Shown piece after piece: positions 29,895-40,710 of a stretch of DNA of 64,000 bases; positions within the stretch are counted from its first letter, which is position 1; the number at the start of each line of letters is the position of its first letter. The DNA is taken from IMG/VR virus record IMGVR_UViG_3300009103_002144, positions 32,001-96,000 of that record. One strand, 5' to 3'. The stretch is from a virus. The notes below the pieces were generated by a model. It did no database searches and was not told where the DNA came from. It saw only the letters and a program-made list of their open reading frames with translations. Both the position numbers and the translations under genes were made by a program.

Positions 29895-30820
29895 TCCATT
29901 CCTCTTACGTTAGGATAATTCTCGATGAACCATTTACACGTCTTTTCTAGCCCATCCTCAAATGTAGTATATTGAGATCGATCCCATCCAGTTGACACAA
30001 GCTTATCATTACTGCTTGGCTTCCTAAATTGGCCGGATGGCTTTGACTTATCCCAAAAAACAGGACCATCATATTCTAGATTTTGGCAAACGAGCTCAAC
30101 TACAGACGCAATACTTCTTTCCTCTGTTATACCAATATTAACAGGATCGGGATCATTGTACTCGTCTAGCAGGTAGAGTAAGATCTTCGAGAGATCCGGG
30201 GCATAGGTGAACTCCCTAAGAGCTGATCCATCGCTCCAAAAAGCAGGGGTGTTCCCAGTCTTTTTCGCTTCCCAAACTTTTCTGATTATTGCGGGAATAA
30301 CATGCCCATTTTCTAAATCGAAGTTATCATGAGGACCATACAGATTGTTCGGCACAGCGCAGATGAAGTTACACCCATATTGCTGACGAAGTGCTCTAGA
30401 TTGTACATCCAGCATTCTCTTTGAGTACGCATAGCCAAAGTTGCTAGAGTGCGGGGCACCGTTATGAATTTGGTCTTCAGTTAGCGGGTAATTTACTTGG
30501 TCCGGATAAACGCAGGTAGACAAAAGCGACACAACTTTTGTTACTCCGAATTTTTTTGAAGCCTGGAGTACGTTTGTATTCATTCTAATATTATCAGAAA
30601 AGAAGTCTGCTACAAAGTCAGTATTTCCTTTGACACCCCCAACTCTTGCCGCGAGATGGATTACAGCATCAGGAGTGTAATTCATTATCATTACTTGCGT
30701 ATCATGCCACGAGCGAAGATCGTGATGTTTAGAGCTCATAAGAATAATCTCATGATCTGTCTCCACATCTTGAAATCCGGAACCGACCATTCCGGTCCCA
30801 CCTGTAATCAATACTCTCAT
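29891..30820 (-). CDS. fcl: GDP-L-fucose synthase (epimerase/reductase)
   Basis: GGTGMVG; [12 protein letters not shown]; LSTCVYP; YAYSKR; [11 protein letters not shown]...HVIPAII; REF. Adjacent to gmd. Confidence 0.92.
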   Translation of the reverse strand: MRVLITGGTGMVGSGFQDVETDHEIILMSSKHHDLRSWHDTQVMIMNYTPDAVIHLAARVGGVKGNTDFVADFFSDNIRMNTNVLQASKKFGVTKVVSLLSTCVYPDQVNYPLTEDQIHNGAPHSSNFGYAYSKRMLDVQSRALRQQYGCNFICAVPNNLYGPHDNFDLENGHVIPAIIRKVWEAKKTGNTPAFWSDGSALREFTYAPDLSKILLYLLDEYNDPDPVNIGITEERSIASVVELVCQNLEYDGPVFWDKSKPSGQFRKPSSNDKLVSTGWDRSQYTTFEDGLEKTCKWFIENYPNVRGME

Positions 30821-31476
30821 ATTTCCATAACCTCGTAATAATGACCAATCAAAAACTTATTACCCTTGCTTAATGACTTTAGTTTATGAGAAGAATTATA
30901 ATGCTCAGGGAGCATCACCCTAAAATCAAAGCTCACCCGCGTAACTCCGGTTCTATTTGGGAGATTTCCATGGATACATTGATTACCATTAAATTTTACA
31001 ACCTGACCTGGTTCAAGCTCAAACTGTCTAAAATCCATTTTTCCTGGTCTACTCTCGGCGATCGTCGTATTACTTTCGAACATGCGGGTTAGCGCAAGAA
31101 TAAAATTCATTTCACCAGACGGATGATTATAGTCACCATCTTTGTGCCAGCCACCCACCGCAACATTATCTGGTAAATGAACACGAAATGATGGCCATTT
31201 TTGATATATTAACTTGTCATTGGCACCCACGATGGGCGCTACAAAATCTTTTATAAAAGCCTTATAAGAACTTAAAAATTCTGGCCAGCCTGAGCGCATC
31301 TTATCATAAAAAACTCTATGAAACCTTGTGTCTGAATCGGATCCGGGCTCACTGAAAAACTCATATTGCTTATCTAAATCTAAGTGAAGATTATTCAGGT
31401 CTTTTCTTCCAAAGAGATCTTGAAATAACGAGACAAACTTATACTTTTCTATATCATAATCATAATACTTTTCCAT
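30817..31476 (-). CDS. StrG-like 2OG-Fe(II) oxygenase-fold protein
   Basis: YQKWPSFRVHLP...WHKDGDYNHP (HxD)...IHGNLPNRTGVTRVSFDFR (distal His, RxS). Start moved to ATG 31476 (GAGG RBS). Confidence 0.75.
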   Translation of the reverse strand: MEKYYDYDIEKYKFVSLFQDLFGRKDLNNLHLDLDKQYEFFSEPGSDSDTRFHRVFYDKMRSGWPEFLSSYKAFIKDFVAPIVGANDKLIYQKWPSFRVHLPDNVAVGGWHKDGDYNHPSGEMNFILALTRMFESNTTIAESRPGKMDFRQFELEPGQVVKFNGNQCIHGNLPNRTGVTRVSFDFRVMLPEHYNSSHKLKSLSKGNKFLIGHYYEVMEI

Positions 31477-32302
31477 GTATTTCCTCAATAGAAGCAATTA
31501 CGTCTCGTATCCCTTCTTCTAATGTTAATTTTGGCTTCCAGTATTGTAGGATATATTCATCTGGAGGGACATCAACAAGCTTTTGCACTGTATCCTCTTT
31601 GGTACCAGGAATGACAGGAACATTTCCGCATATTGAAGAGACAATGTTCGCTATCTCTCTTATACTCGTCCACTCAAAATTTGTCACATCCAAAGACTGA
31701 CCTGCAAAACGTGATGGGTCTTTACTTATCATGTACAGCGCCCTTGAGCAGTCTTCAGCATGCAAAAATTGTCTGGTCTCCTCTCCGTTTGTAAGCATCT
31801 CTATCTTACCTTCTTGTTGGGCCTTCAAAGCGAAGTCTGTTATTACGTGCGCTTTTTGTAAATCTCTTTCAGGACCATATACATTCCAAAATCGGGTGAT
31901 CGTTCCACCCATTGAAATTGTAAGTCGTTCACCAATAAATTTCAAACCACCATACGTTGAGTGCTTCATGTCTGCCATTTGACTTGAAGCAAAAAGGAAC
32001 GGCTTTGAATGCCGCTCAATGCAGCTAAACGTATTTGTCATTAGCTGAAGGTTGTTCATCATGAACCAGCTCTTATCCTGGTTCTGCTCAAGATACCGAG
32101 AGCCCCCAACATCATAAGCAAGAAAATAAATAAAGTCAGCCTTTGATACGGCTTCTTCCAAAAACCCATTGTTATAGATTCTTAGATCTTCTCCTTCTGA
32201 ATCTACTATATCAAAAGTATCAACCTCATCCCCTTGTGCCCTTATGAAATCGCACAAAGGGTCCCCAATCTGACCCGCTGAACCAAGAACAAGATGCCTC
32301 AT
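31460..32302 (-). CDS. NAD-dependent nucleotide-sugar epimerase/dehydratase (extended SDR)
   Basis: LVLGSAGQIG; FASS; YGGLK (YxxxK); RFWNVYG; RQFLHAED. Start 32302 from the ATGA overlap. Confidence 0.88.
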   Translation of the reverse strand: MRHLVLGSAGQIGDPLCDFIRAQGDEVDTFDIVDSEGEDLRIYNNGFLEEAVSKADFIYFLAYDVGGSRYLEQNQDKSWFMMNNLQLMTNTFSCIERHSKPFLFASSQMADMKHSTYGGLKFIGERLTISMGGTITRFWNVYGPERDLQKAHVITDFALKAQQEGKIEMLTNGEETRQFLHAEDCSRALYMISKDPSRFAGQSLDVTNFEWTSIREIANIVSSICGNVPVIPGTKEDTVQKLVDVPPDEYILQYWKPKLTLEEGIRDVIASIEEIHGKVL

Positions 32303-33201
32303 TTTGATAAAAGCTCCTTTACCCATGACGCTGCGTCAATTGTTGGCGCCCAATTTAACGCTTCACAAACAAGAGATGTATTAGCCATTGTATTTCGTGC
32401 ATCGCCAGGGCGTTCCGGTAAATGTACATGTTCACTAGAGATAAGGTTTGCAATCTCCATTACACTAACCATCGATCCATGACCGACATTGTACACCTTG
32501 GCATTAAATCTATCAGACCGAAATGCAGCGTTAACGTTGGCTTTCGCAACATCTTTAACGTAAACAAAATCTCTTTTTTGATGTCCGTCGCCAACAATCG
32601 TCAATGACTCTTTATTTCTTAATTGTCTAAGAAATATGGCGATTACAGGTGCGTACTGTCCTCTCTCTGGCATTCTTTCGCCAAAGACATTAAAATATCT
32701 TAGGCAAACGGTATCAAGGTCGAAAACCCTAGAATAATGTTCACAAAGAGACTCGCCATGTAGCTTACTGAGTGCGTACGGATTTAGACAGTCAGGTTTT
32801 CTATCTTCGCTATACGGTATTTCTTGATCACCGTACACAGATGAGGAAGAAGAGAATATCACTCGCTTTATGTTATACTTTCTTGAAAGCTCAAGAATGT
32901 TTAGAAGACCAGTATAGTTTTCCCATAAAGTGGGTGGGGGATTTTCCATTGCTGGTACAATTTTTGTTTTCGCAGCAAGGTGAAAAACGTAATCAAAGTT
33001 GTGATTCTTAAAAATGCTATTCATTTTTTCCACGTCAATTACGTTCTCACGATAATTTACACATGAATCATTCCAATGAAAAACGTCGGATGCTTGGCCG
33101 CTCTCATCATCCACAACAACAACTTCATGCCCTAGCGAAAGTAGCTCATCTACAACATGACTCCCAATGAAGCCTGCACCGCCCGTAACTAGTGATCTCA
33201 C
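32299..33201 (-). CDS. NAD-dependent nucleotide-sugar 4-epimerase/dehydratase (extended SDR)
   Basis: LVTGGAGFIGSH; FSSSSSVYG; PYALSK; LRYFNVFG; GDGHQKRDFVYVKDVA. Confidence 0.92.
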   Translation of the reverse strand: MRSLVTGGAGFIGSHVVDELLSLGHEVVVVDDESGQASDVFHWNDSCVNYRENVIDVEKMNSIFKNHNFDYVFHLAAKTKIVPAMENPPPTLWENYTGLLNILELSRKYNIKRVIFSSSSSVYGDQEIPYSEDRKPDCLNPYALSKLHGESLCEHYSRVFDLDTVCLRYFNVFGERMPERGQYAPVIAIFLRQLRNKESLTIVGDGHQKRDFVYVKDVAKANVNAAFRSDRFNAKVYNVGHGSMVSVMEIANLISSEHVHLPERPGDARNTMANTSLVCEALNWAPTIDAASWVKELLSK

Positions 33202-33237
33202 AGTATCTCCCGTATTATTCTATAAAATTAAAGTACG

Positions 33238-34182
33238 TCATAAACGAACAACTCTAACACCATCATAGTCTACATTAACTTTAATCGCTTCTGGAGGGAT
33301 TTTCATGGGTTTATCCTTATGCTTAAAGAATAGAAAGAACCCGCCATTACCAGCGCCACAAAGCTTGTGGCACAAAACGCTGTTAGACGATGTTAGCTCA
33401 TCATCGATTAATTTCACCTTGTTATTCTTAAGGATCATCTTTGATGAAGACTTTTTCATTTCCCAACCGTCTTTCATTATTCTAGAGAACAAAGAAATAT
33501 CCTCATTACGAATTGCCATCGTCATTTCATTCACCAGATCAATCAACTCAGTTGTTGGGGGTACCTTTATCGTCTTTAGAACCTTTGTCGAAGACCTACT
33601 GACACCGGTGGGGTGCAAATATATTTCTAAATTATCGAATATTCCAGTGTTAAGATTCTCTAGTCTTGGTGGTCCTACATTACTAAATTGGAGATATTTC
33701 AGACCGGGTAATCCACAGCCAAAAGTATCTTGCCAACCCAATAGTGGGTTGAAAATTCTTTCAAGCTCTAAGGCTTCATGACAAATCCTATATTGCGTGG
33801 CTGGTAAACCTTGAAGCTCTCTAATAGCTGCAATTATTGAAATCATATAAGAAGAAGATGATGCCAATCCAGACCCAGAAGAATATACATCGGTCGTTAG
33901 AGTTGTAGTACAAGGAGGCGTCCCAAAATGATTGAACGCTTCTCTTACCACATCGTTTTTAATCTCGTTTATAGAGCCGACTTCTTCGCGCTGAGAATAA
34001 CCAACAATGTAGCGATTCTCTATAGCATTGAAGCCTCGTACATCTTTAGACAAAGTAGCGTATGTATAAAGATTAACGCTAAAATTAACGACTGCGCCGG
34101 CGCCATGCGTGTCAATATAGGCCTGCAAATCTGATGATCCACCGACCAAGCCAATTCTTAATGGGCACTTCGCTACAATCAT
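33238..34182 (-). CDS. hddA: GHMP sugar kinase, D-glycero-D-manno-heptose-7-phosphate kinase-like
   Basis: CPLRIGLVGGSSD; GSGLASSSS; GWQD; KLCGAGNGGF. Confidence 0.8.
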   Translation of the reverse strand: MIVAKCPLRIGLVGGSSDLQAYIDTHGAGAVVNFSVNLYTYATLSKDVRGFNAIENRYIVGYSQREEVGSINEIKNDVVREAFNHFGTPPCTTTLTTDVYSSGSGLASSSSYMISIIAAIRELQGLPATQYRICHEALELERIFNPLLGWQDTFGCGLPGLKYLQFSNVGPPRLENLNTGIFDNLEIYLHPTGVSRSSTKVLKTIKVPPTTELIDLVNEMTMAIRNEDISLFSRIMKDGWEMKKSSSKMILKNNKVKLIDDELTSSNSVLCHKLCGAGNGGFFLFFKHKDKPMKIPPEAIKVNVDYDGVRVVRL

Positions 34183-34190
34183 ATATCACA

Positions 34191-35288
34191 CTAATCTATA
34201 GAATCATATATGTTTACATAAGAATCTACAACAGATTGTAGCGAAAAAGTATCATCGTATCTTTTTCTTGCAATTTGTGAAAGCCTATCACGAACTCCTG
34301 AGTCGTATAAGGAATCTATAGCAGCCGTATATTCTTCAAGCGATGAACAAATATATCCTGCGTCCCTTACTTGGTCTCTATGTCCCATTGATGGAGCAAT
34401 ATGACCGATAACTGGTATAGCATGATAAAGTGCCTCTATTATCGAACTTGAGCATTGCTCACCGTCGCTTCGAGCGTGAGTATATACATCAACCGTATTT
34501 AAGAATTGATGTACACGTAAAACATCTCCGGTAGGAGGAAGAAAAAATGCATTCTGGATATTAAGTTGTGTAGCATGCTGCTTGTAATATTCAGAGCCTC
34601 CCAAAACAACAAGACAAGTGTTCTTTTTTGAAGCACTAGAAAAGTGCCAGCCCGCCATCAGTACTTGAGAAAATATCCCGTTATCAGCCCTTTGATGCAT
34701 TCCGTAAACTACTGCATCATCAGGTATTCCAAGCTCTTTTCTTAAGTCACCCACAACGGAGGGCATTTCAATTGCGGGGGGAATAACGACTGCTTTATCA
34801 GGTTCTCCTCCTGCGCGGTTCCACCGCTGATGCTGCTCTTCTGCAACAAGTACAACCTTCCTTACGTTATCTTTCTTTTCAGCCATATCTGGCAAATGGA
34901 TGCTGTCCACAATGGGGGTGTTATTGATAAGCGTAAAGGGATATTCTGGATGTCCGGAACGACCGGTTTGAATTATATCAAAATCATTTTCATCAAAAAC
35001 ATCCCACAAATTGGTATCGACCCATTCATGTGTAGAAGTAGTGACATCCTTCCAGCCGACATTAAACTTAACAAGTTTCACATCTGATTCTTGCATATAC
35101 TTTAACCGAAAAGGGTCTGTATCTAGATGCTTAAAATCACTACCAATATATGGCGCGGCGTCGCAATAAAAGTACGTTACCTCAAACTTCTCTTTGGGAA
35201 GATTAACTGCCAATGTTTGAAGATGCTTTTCAGTACCGCCAGAACACATTCCCCCAAATTTAATAAATGCTATTTTCTTCTTTTTCAT
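34191..35288 (-). CDS. Glycosyltransferase family 4-like
   Basis: GGTEK N-terminal motif; DVYTHARSDGEQCSSSIIEAL (E-X7-E); FSLQSVVDSYVNIY C-terminus. Confidence 0.85.
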   Translation of the reverse strand: MKKKKIAFIKFGGMCSGGTEKHLQTLAVNLPKEKFEVTYFYCDAAPYIGSDFKHLDTDPFRLKYMQESDVKLVKFNVGWKDVTTSTHEWVDTNLWDVFDENDFDIIQTGRSGHPEYPFTLINNTPIVDSIHLPDMAEKKDNVRKVVLVAEEQHQRWNRAGGEPDKAVVIPPAIEMPSVVGDLRKELGIPDDAVVYGMHQRADNGIFSQVLMAGWHFSSASKKNTCLVVLGGSEYYKQHATQLNIQNAFFLPPTGDVLRVHQFLNTVDVYTHARSDGEQCSSSIIEALYHAIPVIGHIAPSMGHRDQVRDAGYICSSLEEYTAAIDSLYDSGVRDRLSQIARKRYDDTFSLQSVVDSYVNIYDSID

Positions 35289-35289
35289 T

Positions 35290-36198
35290 CTACTCTTTTC
35301 GATAACATATTAAGTTTCTTGGAAACCACCAGGGAATCCATACATTGTCCCAATGCGCATTTACGAGCTTATCAGTAGAAGAATGAAGTGCATCAAACTC
35401 TGTTTGCCAATTCGGCGCTTCTTTTACCGTGGGTACTTTATCTGTCGTAAGTCTCCTCAGCTCTAATGGGGCATCTTTTACAGCACGAGCTTCAGCGACC
35501 CAGTGTATAATATTTTCTTCTAGCTGTAAATTTCTTTTATACCCAGCATCTTGAAGCTTTTCAACCCAATATTCTGCGGGTTGCTCATTCACATGTCCCT
35601 CACCTCCCTGACCAGGGGCAGCAGCAGTCATAATGATATTCGATGCGCCGTGCTTCGTTAAGACATCTACGTAATTTCCCACAAATAACTGCTCAATATG
35701 CTCTGCAACTTCAATGCTTATTACCAGATCAACCGAATGAGTGGGTTGGTACTTTTTTCTTAAATCAAAATGTTCTACATTGGCTGGGTCAATCATCATA
35801 TGATCAAAGGCAAATTTTGATCCCTCAAGACCCTTCACTTTTACACCGGCTTCTTCAAAACACTTAAGCCAATGTCCTGTTGCACATCCGACATCTAGAA
35901 CACTTTTACATTTTAGCTCTTCGACTATTCGAGGAACAAGCCATTTTGCCATAGGAAAACTATCAGCAATATTATCTTTAAAGAAATTTTCGTTATAAAT
36001 CGCCCCTAAGTCAATCATACGCTGGGTTAACGTTCGTCCAGATGGATCTTCTAAAATGTAGAAATCAAAATCTTCTAGATTGTATTGTTCCAATTTGTTT
36101 ATATCAAAATTCTCGTCCTTAAAAATTCGAAGAAATTTCTCCGGATGCAATTGGTAATATTCGCGTAATAGCTGCGCCATTTCTTCATTTGAGCTCAT
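35290..36198 (-). CDS. Class I SAM-dependent methyltransferase (probable glycan O-methyltransferase)
   Basis: VLDVGCATG; DLVISIEVAEHI; AAAPGQGGEGHVNEQPAEYW. Confidence 0.85.
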   Translation of the reverse strand: MSSNEEMAQLLREYYQLHPEKFLRIFKDENFDINKLEQYNLEDFDFYILEDPSGRTLTQRMIDLGAIYNENFFKDNIADSFPMAKWLVPRIVEELKCKSVLDVGCATGHWLKCFEEAGVKVKGLEGSKFAFDHMMIDPANVEHFDLRKKYQPTHSVDLVISIEVAEHIEQLFVGNYVDVLTKHGASNIIMTAAAPGQGGEGHVNEQPAEYWVEKLQDAGYKRNLQLEENIIHWVAEARAVKDAPLELRRLTTDKVPTVKEAPNWQTEFDALHSSTDKLVNAHWDNVWIPWWFPRNLICYRKE

Positions 36199-37106
36199 CT
36201 CGGCTCCTGCCCTGTTTCAGTAATATAGCGATCTCTTAATTGCGGAATATGCCAGATATCGAGATCATGAAAATATTTCGCTCCATAATCATCAAAATAC
36301 TTCATCAGGCCAGGTAACAAGTCTTTTCGCATAAACCACTTTTCGTCCCATAATGGATCGAAATTCGGGACAGCGGGAACAGGGACTCCCTCATACCACT
36401 CGGGCGGCATCTCAACAACTCCCACGTTATTCGTAAGTAAAGTAATGGCATATTTTCCACGAATTGCAGCGGCATGACCCGGTTTTTGAACAAGCTCCCC
36501 GCATTGACACCACGCTTGTTTAAGCAAAAAGTTGTTTAATGCCGCAAATTGGTAATGCATGACTGCACCTTGTTGGGTGGGTAACCTCAACCACGTACCA
36601 TCATTGGATCCGAGAGTCCGTCCTTCAGCCATATAGTTGTAATCATAATCAAGACTTGGGTCATCACAAACGACAAAATCCTTGTAGTTATTACTCCAGA
36701 CCGTATTGTCATGTCGAAAATGCTTATAGCTTTGCCAGAGCGCAAGCCAGTGCATTGCTAACTTTTGGCCTGGTCTTAATTGCGATATAATATCTCTAGC
36801 ACCTGAAACGAAGTTAGTCGTAAATGTTTCATCAGCATCTAGACAAAGAAAGTGTGTACCGCCTGCTTCACGTGCATACCGAAAGAGATGACTTCGAATT
36901 AATCCACAGGGCCAACCACCCTTAAGTTTTTCAGTGTCTTCATATCCCTTGATTGTTGCACCTGCTTCTTCTAGAATCTTTCTGCTATTATCTGTTGATC
37001 CGTCATCGATTACAATGAGCTCGTCTACAATCGGCATAACATTCGATAAAAATGTTGGTAGAATCCACTCTTCATTTTTTACTGGTAAAATCCCGACTAT
37101 CTTCAT
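36195..37106 (-). CDS. Glycosyltransferase family 2-like
   Basis: PVKNEE; IVIDDGSTDNS; LCLDADE. Confidence 0.88.
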   Translation of the reverse strand: MKIVGILPVKNEEWILPTFLSNVMPIVDELIVIDDGSTDNSRKILEEAGATIKGYEDTEKLKGGWPCGLIRSHLFRYAREAGGTHFLCLDADETFTTNFVSGARDIISQLRPGQKLAMHWLALWQSYKHFRHDNTVWSNNYKDFVVCDDPSLDYDYNYMAEGRTLGSNDGTWLRLPTQQGAVMHYQFAALNNFLLKQAWCQCGELVQKPGHAAAIRGKYAITLLTNNVGVVEMPPEWYEGVPVPAVPNFDPLWDEKWFMRKDLLPGLMKYFDDYGAKYFHDLDIWHIPQLRDRYITETGQEPR

Positions 37107-37807
37107 TTTTGCCTCCTATAAATAAAGGCGCCAAACCCAGATGGATTGTGACAAAGTACTGTTAAATCATGCTTTTCACCTTCCCACTCTTCGTAAAAGC
37201 GATATTTCGTTCTATGATATTGAGGATTAGAATGAGAACGTTCATCTTGAATATCGTCTACAAGAATTATCGCTTCATCAGCAAGAAGCGGCTCATAAAC
37301 TTCAAACTCTTTCTGCACTTGTTCATAAACATGTATGGTGTCGCAGAATAGTAAGCTAATCTTGGTCTTAATGAAGCTGTCAACAGCATCAATAACATCT
37401 GGATGAAGACAATCCCCATGAATTGCCAAAAATGAACCTTCATCCTGTCTTTGGTTTCCCATATCACCCGGAATAAATCTTAAATCAACCACCGTGTCTA
37501 TTGTTACAAATGACTGAGAAGATCTCATGGCATCAAGTATTGCAAGCGTAGATAATCCTTCCCTATTGCCAAGTTCACAAATAGAAGCATTGTCTGAAAG
37601 TCTAGAAACGATGTTGTGTAAAAGAGCAAAATATCCATGACAACGAACTTGTTCTGAATTTAAGAAAATTAACTCATTGTTCATATACGTGGAAAACTCA
37701 TTATCTTCATTCACGAATATAGACCATCCAGGATTATTCCACTTTATTACAGGATTTTTTTCTGTGGCTTCTATTGCTGACTGTAGTACTTCACTTATAT
37801 CTGTCAT
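37103..37807 (-). CDS. Class I SAM-dependent methyltransferase (Methyltransf_24/CmcI-like)
   Basis: ICELGNREGLST; LLFCDTIHVYEQV...LLADEAIILVDD. Confidence 0.75.
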   Translation of the reverse strand: MTDISEVLQSAIEATEKNPVIKWNNPGWSIFVNEDNEFSTYMNNELIFLNSEQVRCHGYFALLHNIVSRLSDNASICELGNREGLSTLAILDAMRSSQSFVTIDTVVDLRFIPGDMGNQRQDEGSFLAIHGDCLHPDVIDAVDSFIKTKISLLFCDTIHVYEQVQKEFEVYEPLLADEAIILVDDIQDERSHSNPQYHRTKYRFYEEWEGEKHDLTVLCHNPSGFGAFIYRRQK

Positions 37808-38643
37808 TTTGATCCATTTTCCATAATAAAATCAGAAAAATTTGGAATCATTTCTCCGACTGGCTTCTTCTCATCATACCAAGACAAATTCTTGATATCA
37901 TATTTCTCAGTTGCTTCTGATACGTATCTCTGATCTATCTTATCAAGAATTCCGTATCTCATTTCTATAACAGTTCGCTCAAGGGGTTGCTTATTATCTG
38001 GACGTGTACTTGCACCCTGGCCTTCATCAAGGTATGCGCCTAAAATTTCATTAACGGTACCCACCAGCGTATTGGCTGCTAATCTAATAGATAGATCAAA
38101 ATCCGCCCCAGACACGAGCTGCTCATCGAACATCCCGCAACGGTCTTTAAGCTGTTTTCTCCACATTAAGAATGGACCGGTGACCATACCTCTTGTTAAT
38201 TCATGGTGCGGGGAACAATATGCAGAATGATCTACAAGCCTCCCGGCACCTGATCCGAATGTGTTAACAATTACAAAATTTCCGTGAACTACTCCGTGAC
38301 AAGGATGACAATCCAAAAAATCTGCTTGCAGTTGTAAAGAATTTGGCACCCGTAAATCATCAATATTCCAAATTGCGACATAATCACCATTGGCCAGATT
38401 CCAGCAATCGTTCATAGATCGAGCTATATTATCAACATGCTCTTTGACGTTATGCACAAAAACACCGGGATATTCCTTTTGGAACTTTTTAACTAAATCA
38501 ATCTCCCACTGCTCCGGAGCATTGTGGTCTAAGACAATCTCAACTTCAGCAAGATTGATCATAGAAGTTACGTTACTAAGAAATCCCTCTAAATATTTTC
38601 CACCCTTATAACACGGGGTTATTGAACTAATCTTTTTTGTCAT
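37804..38643 (-). CDS. Glycosyltransferase family 2
   Basis: ITPCYKG; ANGDYVAIWNIDD; FDEQLVSGADFDLSIR. Confidence 0.85.
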   Translation of the reverse strand: MTKKISSITPCYKGGKYLEGFLSNVTSMINLAEVEIVLDHNAPEQWEIDLVKKFQKEYPGVFVHNVKEHVDNIARSMNDCWNLANGDYVAIWNIDDLRVPNSLQLQADFLDCHPCHGVVHGNFVIVNTFGSGAGRLVDHSAYCSPHHELTRGMVTGPFLMWRKQLKDRCGMFDEQLVSGADFDLSIRLAANTLVGTVNEILGAYLDEGQGASTRPDNKQPLERTVIEMRYGILDKIDQRYVSEATEKYDIKNLSWYDEKKPVGEMIPNFSDFIMENGSK

Positions 38644-39508
38644 CTGTGCTCTCTAAAATATCTAGAAATTTTTGAGCGCAGATTTCTAATGTTAAATTCT
38701 CTTGCACATACGCTCTTGGATCGAAAGAATCCAGGTTCTCCAAGAAGTATGTGAATGATTCATAGATTTCTTCTCTAGTAGCGCCTTCTTTGACTTTCAC
38801 ACCACAACGTTCATCAAAATAAGGGACAGCAGAAGCCGGACACTCAATACCATCATCTCGATCATCCCATACTTCTTTTTCAAAAACAAAGCACGGCAGG
38901 CCTGAGGCGAGGATTTGCTGATATGCAATTCCCTGGCTCTCTGTTCTTGTCACAAGTATAGCAAACCTACATTTGTTCACAGCATCATGTAGAGCTGACT
39001 CGTCATAGTTACCGTAAGATAAACACCCAAATACTAGACCCTTATCTATACAAAGCTCAGCGGCAACAGTCTTGTCTTCCTCCTCCATGTGCTTGAAATA
39101 GATAAGGCAGTCACCAAACTTTTCTTTATCGGTGGTGTCTGGCCAATCCTCAGTGTCAATACCAACTGGCCATACATGAATACTCTTGTCTTTCATAAAA
39201 TCGAATGTAAAGTACAGATCTTTAACCCATTGAGAAGGAACGAGAAAATCTTGATATTGCTTGGCAATACTTTCAATAGGAATCTCCCACATATTTGGGC
39301 CAACAACATGAAAATCTTTACCATCCAAGCCAGCTCCTTCCCACGCATCAGGATTTGAAAGACAAGCACAGCGATCAAATTTCTCAGCAATCACAATCGG
39401 ATAGTCTTGAACCTCCACATCTAGAGCCTCAAGACCTTTTCGTAAATTTTTATACACCATACCAGGGCCGCGGATAGTACGGTTATCTGTTAAAAGTCTA
39501 ATCTTCAT
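38627..39508 (-). CDS. Glycosyltransferase, GT-B fold
   Basis: LVPSQWV; WPVGIDT; TESQGIAYQQILASGLPCFV. Confidence 0.78.
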   Translation of the reverse strand: MKIRLLTDNRTIRGPGMVYKNLRKGLEALDVEVQDYPIVIAEKFDRCACLSNPDAWEGAGLDGKDFHVVGPNMWEIPIESIAKQYQDFLVPSQWVKDLYFTFDFMKDKSIHVWPVGIDTEDWPDTTDKEKFGDCLIYFKHMEEEDKTVAAELCIDKGLVFGCLSYGNYDESALHDAVNKCRFAILVTRTESQGIAYQQILASGLPCFVFEKEVWDDRDDGIECPASAVPYFDERCGVKVKEGATREEIYESFTYFLENLDSFDPRAYVQENLTLEICAQKFLDILESTDDKKD

Positions 39509-40389
39509 TCTTTCACCTTCGATGTGTCATTAGAATTAACAGGAGTTGAAGATCCAGCTCCCTTTCTATATTTTTCATCAAACTTACGTATCTGTCCAAT
39601 GATACCCCAGTGTGTGGGCATTTTATCAACGTCACAAGACACATGCATTGCATCAACCACCTGCTTCGCAAGCTGTTGTCTGGCTTCTGTTATGCTCTTT
39701 GTCCGAATGGTACCCTTTTCTATGCCGCCATCTTCATGACTTATATCATCGACGGTGGACGTGCTAGGATCGCCATGAAGTCGATAGTGTAGTAATACTT
39801 GAGGGAGGTTCACCATTATCATCTCATGCTCTTTGCACCGTTGCCAGAAATCATAATCTTCAATGACGAAGTTAGAAGTATTAAAGAACCCAACTCCTCG
39901 TAAGTGAATATTCTTTTTGTACACGGCTGATGGGAATGGAATCGGGTTTTTCCCCCTCGAAAAACAATCATATATCTTATCATGAGAATATGGATTTCGA
40001 GGAGCTTCACAAACTAATGCTCCAATGTAATCTAATTGAGTTCCAATAATGTCAACAAGCGGATTCTGTTCTATGAATGCCGCCTGGTGCTCTAGCTTTG
40101 TCGGAAGCCACACATCGTCTGCATCAATCGGGGCGACCCACTCTCTTCTAGGGTCAGCATAGCAGACCGCAAAATTTAATGCATTTGATTTATTTGCATG
40201 ATAAAGCTGGTATACCCTAAACCGTTTATCATTCGAAGTCAAATATGTGGCAATATCAGCAGATTTGTCTGTACAACCATTACAAATGATTAAGCATTCA
40301 AAGTCTTTATACGTCTGATCCATAATGGACTTGATCGCTTCTCCCAACCATTTCTCGCCGTTATAAACGGGCAAAACAACGCTAAACAT
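39505..40389 (-). CDS. Glycosyltransferase family 2
   Basis: SVVLPVYNGEKWL; IDADDVWLPTKLEHQ; EDYDFW; LLHYRLH. Confidence 0.92.
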   Translation of the reverse strand: MFSVVLPVYNGEKWLGEAIKSIMDQTYKDFECLIICNGCTDKSADIATYLTSNDKRFRVYQLYHANKSNALNFAVCYADPRREWVAPIDADDVWLPTKLEHQAAFIEQNPLVDIIGTQLDYIGALVCEAPRNPYSHDKIYDCFSRGKNPIPFPSAVYKKNIHLRGVGFFNTSNFVIEDYDFWQRCKEHEMIMVNLPQVLLHYRLHGDPSTSTVDDISHEDGGIEKGTIRTKSITEARQQLAKQVVDAMHVSCDVDKMPTHWGIIGQIRKFDEKYRKGAGSSTPVNSNDTSKVKE

Positions 40390-40702
40390 CTTTTATTCCT
40401 ACGCTCCTCATCCATGACTCTGCATTAACTGCTTTATCATCTACCAATAAATCATAATGTGGTTTCCTATTCATGATTAATTCATGATAACGAAGGCCCC
40501 ACTTCTTCAATTGAGATACTGTTAAGTCAGTGTGGTCTATCCCGGAATTACATCCTCTTGCAGTAAAAAACTTTATGGTATGTCCTGCGTCATATAATTC
40601 GTTAATCTTTTCTATCATTGCTGAAAATGGTTCTGCATTTTCATACTTGCTATTTTTTTCTAAAGTACATATCGTACCGTCAATGTCAAAACAATAAATC
40701 AC
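40382..40702 (-). CDS. Small capless HAD-superfamily phosphatase (possible sugar-bisphosphate phosphatase)
   Basis: FDIDGT (DxDGT); FTARG; KP; VDDK. GTG start at 40702 with AGGA RBS. Confidence 0.82.
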   Translation of the reverse strand: MIYCFDIDGTICTLEKNSKYENAEPFSAMIEKINELYDAGHTIKFFTARGCNSGIDHTDLTVSQLKKWGLRYHELIMNRKPHYDLLVDDKAVNAESWMRSVGIKDV

Positions 40703-40710
40703 GTTTAATC

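Noticed and set aside
33202-33237. TACTTTA just after the stop codon here and near 27976-27982 (minus strand) as a shared regulatory motif
   Set aside because: Only two short AT-rich instances with inconsistent spacing to downstream elements; compatible with chance.
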